A stretch of DNA of 20,755 nucleotides from Histomonas meleagridis 2922-C6/04-290x (taxonomy: Eukaryota > Protista > Parabasalia): the NCBI GenBank assembly GCA_020184695.1, contig JAANOX010000157.1, positions 1 through 20,755 of the forward strand, in the 5' to 3' direction. This document shows positions 1-10,700 of the stretch, piece after piece. Under the pieces are notes generated by a model that was given only the letters and a program-made list of their open reading frames with translations, did not search any database and was not told the DNA's origin. The position numbers and the translations under genes are program-made. Positions within the stretch are counted from its first letter, which is position 1; the number at the start of each line of letters is the position of its first letter.

Positions 1-188
1 TTAGAAGAAATAGCTATATTTTGTCATCAAGTTAATCATTTTCTATCATGAAGAAAAATGATCTGAAGGGAAACATTTAATTTTAGTAAAACTAAGCAAA
101 AATATTTCATATGATTGATGTCCCTATTGATTTTCATCAATAAGTATCAAATTTTTGGAAATTTCCCTATCGAATTATTATTCAAAAC

Positions 189-1217
189 TTGATAATTTCA
201 GCGATTTCTATTTTACTGCATTATGTACCCTCACATGAAAATTTCATTTCAGAATATTTGATTTCTTTAAACTTTTCTTCAAATTCACGCATCAATCAAA
301 TTATCAATCCAAAGAATATAATTTCAACTCTTTGTAACGTTAGTAGTTGTTCAGCTTTATTAAGGGACAATGTCTTAGAGTATTATCCTTTACCATTCCT
401 TTGTACCTTTTTCAAGAACAATTTATCACTTCGATTTGAACTTTCACAACTTTTTATGAATTTTTCACGATTTGAACTCAAAGAAAGAAATGACATAGTG
501 CTATTAAATCGAGTTTTTACTGTTACGATTAAGAACAAAATGGTAAATAACTTCATATACATATTATGTTTTCATTATTTACTTAATCAAACTAATTATT
601 CAAATGAAATTATATCTACACGTTTTAAGATATTTAAAAATATAATTTGGACTAATTGTTATCGATAATTTTAATATTATATTCGGATATATTTCAGAAA
701 GATATTAACATAAAGATAAATCAAAATGATTTAAATTTTATATTAACTTTAATTAAAGAAAATGAAAATGACGAAATTGTTAATTCAGCTTCTTACTGTT
801 TAAAGTTTATGATATCGAAAATAGATAAAAAATTTTTATTAAATATTTTTGTTTTTATTATTGATATTATCGATGGCATTAAATACATCGAGAAAAAGGA
901 ATTAATAAAAAGTGATATTCGAAATTATATGTGAATCGAATGATGATGAAATAAAAAATTTAATAGAAAAATTTAATTTGATCGAATTCCTTCAAAATTA
1001 TTCCGATTTTGAAGAAGATGAATTTTTATATTTGCTATATAAATGTGTGCGAAGATTGATTTCGTTCATTGATTCTTCTTCTTATAGTGAAAACTCGAAA
1101 TTAATTGCGGAGGAAATATTAAAATTTGACGTTTTCCAACAAATTGATTTGGAGTCAGATCTTAAATTTGAGAAATTGCAAATGCATCTACTAAATGGAA
1201 TAAAAGAACTTTTATAA
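189..1217 (+). pseudogene. Frameshifted ARM/importin-alpha-like helical-repeat gene (probably extends upstream past the window edge)
   Basis: Three overlapping ORFs in different frames (189-668, 656-934, 912-1217) join into one helical-repeat-like protein (KNIIWT..LLSIIL; ENENDEIVNSASYCLKFMI; EKFNLIEFLQNY). One-base indels near 655-660 and in the A-run near 907-911 would join them. Sequencing error is not excluded. Confidence 0.5.
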
Positions 1218-1832
1218 TAGCGTTCGTATTAAAAATTGTTTATTAAATGATTCGTATAGTTATATCATTTTTCATAATGAATTTCTTTTTAACTTCTGGA
1301 ATCAAAATTGTATAATTCGAATTGTTACAATGTTTGCCTTTTCTTTTTGCAGGGAATTTGCTACATTACATTATCTATGATATTTGTATTAGCTTGTTAA
1401 CTATATCAAATGCAACACTTAAAAATCATTATTACATATACATTCAACAAATGTTTTCTTCATATCAATTTCATTGTACTTTATAATCATCAATATTCTA
1501 GCTCGAGCACTACCTACAGCAAAGAATTGTTATTTTCAACCACGAAAACAAACCAATTGAGTAAAATATTCTGCTTTTATTTTTTTTAATTCCAATTTCA
1601 AGTTATATATATATAAAATTTGATAATAAATCATGCCTTCACTACCGATATTTTTCCGATATTCATCAGTATCGGCTGTTAGGATATCGATGGCTATGAC
1701 CCACCTTATCATAGACATAATTTTTATGTAAAATCATGTTTATTGAAAATTTAAATTTTTAGAAATCTGTTCTTTTTGATAATGAAAACTATTTATCAAT
1801 ATTGATAAACCGTGCAGTTTGATTAATAAGAA

Positions 1833-4184
1833 ATGAAAAGCAATGACAGTGCAAGAGAAAAATTTATCATAGAAATGAAAAAAAGCAAAATTTCCAAAAC
1901 ACAAACATTTCATCACGAAAGTAATCTGAAACTAGTGGAATCACTTGATAAAATTATTTTTGGTTTGACAGAGGATAACACCAACAATTCTGTTAAAGTA
2001 ACAATGAAACTAATTGATAAAGGTTTTTTCAATTATTTTAATTTGATTATCAGCAGACTAATTTATTCATCATTTTTTTCACAAAAGAAAGATTTTAACG
2101 TGTTTCCTTTCTATGAATATTTCAAAGAATACTATAAAGAACTTTCACAGAATGATTGGGAACTTCATAAAAAATATGTTAAAGAAGGACATAATCCAAG
2201 TGAAATTGCAAAAATAATTCGAAATGATGAAATCGAAAAACTTCAAGAAATATCATCACAAACAAATTTTAATATTGATCAAACAATTAAACCATCGCTT
2301 TATGAAAGATGTTCATTTATTAATGAAGAAACTGTTACATTAATTGATTATGCCGCATTTTTTTCATCAGTTCAATGTTTTAAATATTTACTTATGAATG
2401 GAGCAAATGTAGAAAACACAGGTAAATATGCAGTTGTTGGAGGAAATGAAGAAATCATTCATTTATGTTAACACAAATCATTCATCATTTGAAGGTGCAT
2501 ATGAATCTGCAATTATGTTTCATCGAAATGATATATTTCATTATCTCTACCAAAACAAAGATAAAAAATATTCCTTCAAAAAAATCATGATAGTTTTCTC
2601 AACGAATCATTTAACAAACATTAAAATATATAACTTCTTATTTGAACAGAAAGAAATTAGTGTTAATGCAAAAGATATTTATTTGTTTTGTTTCAAATTT
2701 ATTTTTATTATTTTATATTTCTAAATCATGTTTGGAAATTATTTAAATTATTTAATACAGCTCTTATTTTAGCAACTAAGTTTGACCACATAGAAATAGT
2801 TGAATTACTTCTTCAACAAAAAAGAATTGATATTAATGCTAAAAATATATTTTAAATATGTTTAAAATTTATTTTGTTAATTTTTTGTTTCAACATAATA
2901 TTTGGAAATCATTTGATTTATTTGAAACACCACTTATTTTAGCAACTAAATTTTATCATATAGAAATAGTTAGATTACTTCTTCAACAAGAAAGAATTGA
3001 TATCAATGCTAAAGATATATTTTAAATATGTTTAAAATTTATCTTAATATTTTAATAAATCAAAATAATATTTGGAGTTTATTTAAATTATTTAGAACAG
3101 CACTTATTTGGGCATCTGAAAATGGAGATACAGAAACAGTTAAATTACTTCTTCAACAAGAAGGAATTGATGTTAATGCAAACGATATTTAGTTGTTTTG
3201 TTTCAAATTTATTTTATTAATTTATTGTTTCAATATAATATTTGGGAATTATTTAAATTACTTAGAACAGCACTTATTTGGGCATCTCAACTTGGAAAAA
3301 CAGAAACAGTTAAATTACTTCTTGAACAAGAAGTAATTGATATAAACGTCAAAGGTGTTAAATTATTTTAATATTTTGATATTTTAAAGTGATATTTGGA
3401 AATTATTTAAATTATTTAAAACTGCGCTTATAATAGCGTCAGAAAAAAGTCATACAGAAATAAATAAATTACTTCTTAAACAAGAAGGAATTGATATTAA
3501 TGCTAAAAATATTTATGTAATTTGCTTAATGTTTGATTTGATAATTTTGTATTTCAAAATTATATTTGGAAATTATTTGAATTATTTTATACAGCACTTG
3601 TTTGTGTATCTGAAAATGGTAACGTCGAACTTGTTAAATTACTTCTTGAGCAAAAAGGCATTGACGTCAATGTTAAAAACATTTATTTATTTTATTCAAT
3701 GTATATTTTAATTGGTTATAATTACAAAATAATATTTGGAAATTATTTATATTTTTTGAAACAGCACTTATAGCTGCAACTGAAGAAAACCAAATAGAAA
3801 TAGTTGAATTACTTCTTAAACAAAATGGAATTGATATTAATGCGATAAATATTTATTTATTTGAAATAATGATTATTTTGATAATTCGATATTACAAAAT
3901 AATATTTGGAAATTATTTATATTTTTTGAAACTGCACTTATTGCTGCTTCGAGAAAAGGTTACAAAGAAATAGTTAAATTACTTCTTGAACAAAATGGAA
4001 TTGATATCAATATCGAAGATATTTGTTTGTTATGTTTATCATTTATTTTGATAATTTGATGTTTTTTTATAATGTTAGGAAATATCTTGAAATATTTAAG
4101 ACTGCACTAATGTATGCATCAAAAAAAGGTTTCAAAAAAATTGTTAAATTAATACAGTTAAAACTCATAATGAATTTATACTGA
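1833..4184 (+). CDS. DUF3447-type ankyrin-repeat protein with interrupted beta-hairpins (9 interrupted junctions); stop plus frameshift lesion at 2469-2476
   Basis: The N-terminal motifs IIRNDEIEKLQ, TLIDYAAFFSSVQCFKYLL, YAVVGGNEEIIHLC and SAIMFHRNDIFHYL match the trichomonad DUF3447/ankyrin family. Stop-free ankyrin segments (TALIxA...EIVxLLLxQxGIDINAKD) start at 2757, 2927, 3097, 3267, 3421, 3591, 3761, 3931 and 4101; terminal TGA at 4182-4184. Confidence 0.8.
2677..4097 (+). other. Array of 35 intervening elements (34 of 17 nt, one of 18 nt) separated by single codons in ankyrin hairpins
   Basis: Example: GAT(2674)-[2677-2693]-CAA-[2697-2713]-TAT-[2717-2733]-GGA-[2737-2753]-AAT-ACA = DQYGNT. 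The same geometry recurs every 170 nt (154 where one element is missing). All 35 start with a purine, 28 end in TTT and none ends in AG. Confidence 0.88.
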
Positions 4185-4586
4185 ATGTAAAATAGAGTAA
4201 ACATGTTTCACAGTAAAATATTACCAGCTATAGTATTCAGAAAATCATGAGAATTTTAGTTGAGGTATAATTGATATGATTTTTAATTTGGAAAATTTAC
4301 TATGGTTGTTTCCAAATAATTTTTTTGCATAAAAACGATAATTATTATAAATTTTTAAGAAAAAAAGTATAATAGGTGATATATATTCATATTACACTTT
4401 TTAGCGGATAGCAATTTGGGATTTCTAATATTATTATATCAACAAGTCAGATCTTACTTTACTAAAAATAAAAGACAAATTATTTCATATATAGAATAAG
4501 CAAGATATATATAAAAACAAATAAATATTATTATTATTAAACATTTTTTATTAAATACATTTATATTTTACATCGATTTGAAGATA

Positions 4587-7500
4587 TTAACCAATTAATA
4601 ACTTCAGATTATTCAAATTGGTTAATAATCTCAAAAGTTTTCTCTGATTATTAAAGACATAAATTTCAAGTTCTTCTTGTTTCAAAGACAACAAATTCCT
4701 AATATAACTTATCAACACCTCATTTGGTACGACGAAGAAATCTTGAACGAAAAACTTAGATAAAACATTCGCACCAATAAAAGGTATAATTGGGGAAATC
4801 AAATCTTCCCAATGTTTTAAAGCGTACACACCGAAAATAGCAGCGACGTTTTTATTATTATTCCATTTAGGGCTATTTCTAATTAAGTTTACAATAAATA
4901 AAATTGTGTTTTGATCGACCTCAATATTTAATTGTACAATTAAAGCACACCAAAAAGTAATTGCAGCGATTTTTAGTTTTTCATTATCAATTTCATTTGA
5001 AGTTGTCATTCGAATTATATTATTAATAAAATCCATAAATATCTTTTGGTTTAATTGAAATGGTTCTTTATTTGCGAAGATGAAATTTGTCAAAGAGTTT
5101 ATAGTAATTTCGAGTAATTTAACGCTATTAAACGCTAAATGATTATAAGCGTTTTCGAATCCAATGTTATAAATTTCTTGAGGAATATTAGGGATGAAAC
5201 AAATTTTAGAATATATTTCAATTGCGAAACCTTTTATAATATTAAAATAACTTTTAAGATATGCATCGGTTGTAGAAATGATTTTATTTAAATAAGGATT
5301 TATTTGTTGTCCCATTAGAAATATTGTTCTAGATAAACATTTAAATATCGGTGGAATTAATCGTACGTCTATCGAAGGAGAAAGAGTAAACATTAAATAT
5401 TCAGGAATATATTCGCCATCTAAAGCAGATAACAAAGTTTCTAATATCATTTCTCCATATTCATTCGTTATTTCTTTACCATGAACACCTAAAATTTTAT
5501 ATAAACAATTATAAATAGAAATTAATATTTCTTTTGTACTATATTTTCGGACTTTCTCAAATAATGGATATAATAATTCAAACGAATTCTTTCCAATACT
5601 TTTAATACCTTTTGAAGATATTATAATTGTATCACATGTTGGTACTATATAATTTGAATCTAATTCATAACTTTTATATAGAAAATTATAATAATTATTT
5701 ACAATAGGTTCCATTTCTTGTGGATATAAATTAAAAAATGTTCCAATACATAACATTATCTTCGAATGTAATTCATATATTTCTTCTTTAATGTTTCCTT
5801 CGTTCTTAAATACAGGATGCGCATTAACAATAGAAAGTATTGGAGGAATTAATGTTTGAACGTAAGGACGAAATGAAATTGATAAATTTTTAGAAAGTAT
5901 TCGAATTGTATCAATTCCTTGTGTCATGAATTGTATATTACCCGAATTAAATGATTGTAAAATTAATTGAACAAATTTTTCAAGATCTTTTGCTGTTTGT
6001 ATTGGTGCAATTTTAGATAAATTTGAAATACATCTTAAGAAATTAATTTGTATAATTAAATTATTATTAACATTTTTAGCGATTTCATTTATAATAACGG
6101 GATAAAGATTTTCATTTTGTTTATTATAATTAGTTATCGAACTAACTATACAACTACTAATAATTTCGATTTGAAATGAATTCAAATTACTTGAAATATT
6201 TATTAATGTTTGTATAAATTCTTCTAAGTTCTTTAATGGCCTTGAAATTGTTAATATTAAATCAATTATATTCATTATATCAATATAAGTTGCATAATTC
6301 ATTAGAAATGAAACAAGTTCATCAACTGATTGTGAAACTGCATTAGGTACAAATTCGATTAATTCATGAATAAGTTGACATAAATAAAATAAAATTTCTT
6401 CGTCAATCTCAGAACAACAATGTGTTATAAATTGTATTACATTTCCTATATTTTCTTCAAATGGAATTTGTTGTGATTCGACAATACAACTTAACAAAAA
6501 CAAACAAAATTGCCGATTAGCATTTGATGGATTATTCTTTAATAAGTTATTACAGATAAAAAATATATACATAAATATATCATCACCATCAATAGTAGCG
6601 CCTGCATAATGTAAAAATTGGTTCATAAATGTAAAGCGATTCGATCGACGATCATTATTTAATAACTCAAGTGATAATTTAATGAAAATATCAATATAAT
6701 TATGTATAACTGTTGGTGGTTCACATTCGATTAATGTGATAACTCCTTCTTGATCATATTCATCATAATCAATGATTTCATATCCGAAAAGTCGGATTTC
6801 ATATGGTAAATTCGGATCGGATACACAATGAAGACCAAATTGTACAAAATTTAAACTATATTCAGCAAATATCGGTGAAAGTCCTGAAATATGATATGCA
6901 ACTGAACGTACAATTAATTGAATCTCTTCAAGGTTTTGATGAACATAAAATGCATTATATAAAGAGTTTTGCATTGTTTGTATGATGATTTCTATATGTG
7001 AACTAAAGTCATATTTATGCCATAAAAGAGAATCAAATAATAAAAATGCATAATATCGAATTTCTAAGTTTTCCGAATTCATAACTTGAATTGTAGTTTG
7101 GAGAAGTTTAGGAATAAGTTCATTGATTTGATTGGCATAACATTTTGTAACAGCCAAATGTGTAAGATATAAACCTGTGGTAAAAAGTGTTTCATTGTCT
7201 AAAAGTTGGATAGAAAATGTAATGATTTCATTAAATTGTGGACAAGATCTATGTTGATAAAGTAAAAATAACCCATCACATAGATCTCTACGAAGTAAAA
7301 ATTCTGGTTCAGAAGTGATTAATTGTAAAAATAATTGTTTGATTGCTTCAACTTGTTCATCTGAATATTTGTCGAAATTTAATTTTAACACTTTGGAAAT
7401 GGAAATTAAAGAAAAATGCCTGATCATTTTTTCTGTATTGTTTTGAAATAAAGAAAATAAAGGAAATATTGAATTTGGATTTTGTAAATAAAGTTCGACT

Positions 7501-7601
7501 TGTTCCGATACAGCAGATCTTTGGGCGTCATCAGGAGTTCTTAAAATAATTTGAAAAAATTGGGAAAATGTTTCAGGGCTGATTTCGACTGGCGCCTGCA
7601 T
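4587..7601 (-). CDS. Importin-beta/karyopherin family protein (importin-4/5-like HEAT solenoid)
   Basis: Uninterrupted ORF of about 1004 aa from the ATG at 7601. The N-terminal RHFSLISISKVLKLNFDKYSDEQVEAIKQLFLQLITSEPEFLLRRDLCD resembles the IBN_N domain and is followed by HEAT-like repeats. The ORF-track TTG start at 7634 is less likely. Confidence 0.75.
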   Translation of the reverse strand: MQAPVEISPETFSQFFQIILRTPDDAQRSAVSEQVELYLQNPNSIFPLFSLFQNNTEKMIRHFSLISISKVLKLNFDKYSDEQVEAIKQLFLQLITSEPEFLLRRDLCDGLFLLYQHRSCPQFNEIITFSIQLLDNETLFTTGLYLTHLAVTKCYANQINELIPKLLQTTIQVMNSENLEIRYYAFLLFDSLLWHKYDFSSHIEIIIQTMQNSLYNAFYVHQNLEEIQLIVRSVAYHISGLSPIFAEYSLNFVQFGLHCVSDPNLPYEIRLFGYEIIDYDEYDQEGVITLIECEPPTVIHNYIDIFIKLSLELLNNDRRSNRFTFMNQFLHYAGATIDGDDIFMYIFFICNNLLKNNPSNANRQFCLFLLSCIVESQQIPFEENIGNVIQFITHCCSEIDEEILFYLCQLIHELIEFVPNAVSQSVDELVSFLMNYATYIDIMNIIDLILTISRPLKNLEEFIQTLINISSNLNSFQIEIISSCIVSSITNYNKQNENLYPVIINEIAKNVNNNLIIQINFLRCISNLSKIAPIQTAKDLEKFVQLILQSFNSGNIQFMTQGIDTIRILSKNLSISFRPYVQTLIPPILSIVNAHPVFKNEGNIKEEIYELHSKIMLCIGTFFNLYPQEMEPIVNNYYNFLYKSYELDSNYIVPTCDTIIISSKGIKSIGKNSFELLYPLFEKVRKYSTKEILISIYNCLYKILGVHGKEITNEYGEMILETLLSALDGEYIPEYLMFTLSPSIDVRLIPPIFKCLSRTIFLMGQQINPYLNKIISTTDAYLKSYFNIIKGFAIEIYSKICFIPNIPQEIYNIGFENAYNHLAFNSVKLLEITINSLTNFIFANKEPFQLNQKIFMDFINNIIRMTTSNEIDNEKLKIAAITFWCALIVQLNIEVDQNTILFIVNLIRNSPKWNNNKNVAAIFGVYALKHWEDLISPIIPFIGANVLSKFFVQDFFVVPNEVLISYIRNLLSLKQEELEIYVFNNQRKLLRLLTNLNNLKLLIG

Positions 7602-7639
7602 TTCAAGCCGATATTGGTTTTGGGGCACCCTCAATCAAC

Positions 7640-7655
7640 AAAATGGCGCCATTTT
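7640..7655. promoter_or_regulatory. Perfect 16-bp palindrome AAAATGGCGCCATTTT upstream of the importin-beta-like gene
   Basis: Read directly from the sequence. It lies about 40 nt upstream of the ATG at 7601, in a GC-richer patch within AT-rich DNA. A regulatory role is inferred only. Confidence 0.4.
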
Positions 7656-7759
7656 TTACTCAGAAAATTTCAATGGAAAACGATCATTTGATAAAAAAAA
7701 CAAAAATAAATAAAAATAACGCATTTATTATTAATTATTTTTAAAAACAGAGTAAAATT

Positions 7760-10700
7760 TTAGACCTGAGCTTGACCATCAACATTTGGTTCATCATTAT
7801 AATCATTAATTAAACTTTCAATCAATTCCTCATTATTTGTTTCGACAAATGATAACAAAGCAGCAACTTTTTTAGATTTCCCATCTATTAAAAATGATAA
7901 AGCTTTAGCTCTTGATATGAAAGGAGCGATTGTACAAAAAGTTTTTTCCAATTCTTTCATCTTATCTAACATATCTTTAGACTCCAATGAATTAATTATT
8001 TTAATTATCAATAATGTCAAATAAAACTTAGTATTACTTTCACCAAGTCCAAAAATCAAATTTTGTAAAGTATTTACGTACGGTAGATAAAGTATTGAAA
8101 TCTGTGCTATCGTCTTTGCATTTTCAATTGTTTGACATTTATCGAAAATTGAAAGCTCACATTGAAAATTTTTAGAGATTATGTTAACGTTCGTGTTGTT
8201 TTTCTCTAATGAAAGGAATAATTCCAATACGTTTGGGATAGAGTAACCACAAACCAATAAATTAGAGAAGAAGTTTTTAATTTTTTCATCTCTATCTGTA
8301 ATTTTTGACAAATATTCTTTAACAATTAAAGTTGAATTACAAATCAAAGGATTATTTATACTTAGAATCACATCAATGAATTTTTGGTAATTTATATTTA
8401 TTGATTTGTTATTCGAAATCAAATCTATAAAAGACATTCCAACAATTGGAACGTTTAAATAATAATCCAAATTTTTATCAAACAATTGAATATATGAATT
8501 TTCATTAAACATTTTAATTAATCGGAAAATATATAAATCGATTGACGGGAAATGAATTCTTTGTAAGTTATTAATTAAATTTATATTATTCGCGTAAATA
8601 AAACGTGGTAAGAATGGATAAGATTGCGATAATATAATTTGATCTTCTTTAGTCATTTTATGTGAAATTAATATACCAATTTCCATAAGGATATAATCAT
8701 AAGCGAAATTATTATCAATTATATGTTGAACAATATCTTTAATGTTTTCTTCGAGAATTAATTTTGTGAAATTTCGAAGAAATCGAATAATATAAAACAT
8801 TTTTTTAGGTTTATCACATGTTTTAATATTAGCCACAATAATTGGAATACATAAAATAAATTTATTGATATCATTAGTTATTGAAAAATCAATACATAAT
8901 TGTTTATAATTAATTTTTTGATTATTATCATTTATTATATTATATTTTTTGTTATCTAAATAACTTAAATTTAGTCGATTTAAATATTTAATTGCGGAAT
9001 TTATTGTGTTTTGATTCTTAAGTTGTGGATATATTTCATTAAACAAAGAATTCGAAATTTTTATATTCGAAAACAAAAAAAATGACTTTAAAAGTGATTC
9101 ATTTAATACAAATTTGTTTTGTTCAATCATAGGTGTTAATATCGGAATTTTAATTTTTTCATTTTGTTCAATAATATCATGATTAAAATGAAATTGTTTC
9201 ATCTCAATAGGAATTAAAATTTGTTGTTTTAATTTATCTAGATTATTAACATAAAATTTATTATATTCAGTTAAATCAAATAATTTCTTATTCATTTTAA
9301 AAAAAAACCAATGAAACTCATCGAAAAGTAAAAATGAATCAATAACAATTTGTTTTTGATATGAGGATAAGAAAATTGTTAAATTCTCATTAAATATTTG
9401 ATTATGTAAAGGCCATTCATAAAACGGAGTTGTTTTTAACCAATTTCCAACTTTTTCCGCTTCAGTATTTTTATATAAATAAAGAAATGGATATTGTGTT
9501 GTTAAAGTATTAATGAATTTATTATCAGTATGAATGAAATTATATAAATCAATTAAAAAACAATTCCGTTCTAATGGTGATAATATACTTATTAAACATA
9601 AGCTATCTTTAATTAAAGTGTTTGAATCGATTTTATTTAATGCCTTTAAAAATACAAATGATGTTGAAGATGTTGTTAAGAATTTCGATAAAATAATTTC
9701 ATTCATTAAATATCCAAATGATAGTAATGATTGTGGAGATTTTTGACTTACAAAAGTAATACTTTCTTCTAATACTTTTTCATCATTAGTTAATCCGAAT
9801 ATTAATTTAATTTCTTGTACTATTAAATCAATTAAATTCGGTTGGATAAAATGGATTGTGTTTAAATATTGTAAAATATCATACGGAAATAATGGTATTA
9901 ATTTATATGAAACATTTATTAATTTTTTCGATTTTCGACTTATTAAAAATTTAATACAATTTTGAAATGGTTTTAAAATATGTTTTATTAATAACGTAGA
10001 TGAATTTGCTATAATATCAGTTGGGACAGAAGTTAAATATGGACCAAATTCTTCAATCTCTGATTCGGAATTTAATAAAGGAATTCGAGTAAATGACCAA
10101 TAATATTTTTGTATTAAGTTAAAACATTTTCGTTTTATTGATTTATCGAATTTAATTTTCGGGAAATGTGATAAAAACAAAAATAACTCTGATTGATATT
10201 GTAATGGTGGATTCATATTCATTAATTCAATAAAAATTGGTATAAAGTCATTATAATTTGTTGATTCGATTTTTCTATCCATTAATAAATTTAATAAAAC
10301 TAATATTTTAATATCAATATTAAAATCGAAGAAATCTAATTTAAATATTAATAACAAAAATTTATCAATTGTATGTAATCCTATAAAATTACATGTAATT
10401 TTTTGTGCTAATTCATATAAATTCTTTTGTTGTGAAATTGTACAATTTAATAAAAACTCTAAACATAAGTCAATGTAATTTGGTAAATATTTTTGTAATA
10501 AAAATTGATCAATTTTGTTAATAAAATTTAAAATCGATGTCTTTTGTACCCATGAAGTATTTTCTTTATTTAATATCTTTAATATAATTGTTTTTATTAA
10601 TTTTTCATCATTACAATTACTTATAATTAATTCGATCTTCTTCGAAAAGAAATCAACAACAAAAGAAAAGCCATCATCATTACGATTAAGTAATTCGATT

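Noticed and set aside
1536-1718. 60-aa minus-strand ORF, and likewise 15880-16074, 17973-18266 and 19009-19380
   Set aside because: No recognisable domain. They are intergenic chance ORFs or antisense to ankyrin or decayed sequence.
2680-2753. One 68-71 nt intron per repeat, or two introns around an F-G microexon
   Set aside because: A single intron puts Phe at the invariant Gly position and does not explain the 49/66/83 spacings. The F-G microexon model keeps Gly but forces near-invariant I-F at variable positions. The four-element partition explains all spacings and gives uniform R...TTT ends.
2677-2760. Canonical GT-AG or AT-AC intron using the ACAG at 2757-2760
   Set aside because: ACAG is just the Thr-Ala codons (ACA GCN) and is absent where they read ACA CCA or ACT GCG. 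There is no conserved 5' GT, and AT-AC joins give the wrong frame and delete the Thr.
2844-2929. T4 gene 60-type matched-codon ribosomal bypass (TTT-TAA ... TTT)
   Set aside because: The match holds only in two repeats. Under the 3+17 partition the take-off codons (GAT, CAA, TAT, GGA) do not match the TTT landing triplet. Non-matched skipping is not excluded.
3529-3711. Short ORFs 3529-3711, 14972-15193, 15309-15569 and 16447-16647 as independent genes
   Set aside because: They are read-throughs of ankyrin segments and U-rich elements within the two larger loci.
2677-4097. CRISPR array, simple minisatellite, or TA-flanked MITE/IES
   Set aside because: The context is eukaryotic, the periodic unit is protein-coding and there are no cas genes. 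The elements are not tandem identical, lack terminal inverted repeats and lack consistent TA duplications; removing a TA-bounded piece gives the wrong frame.
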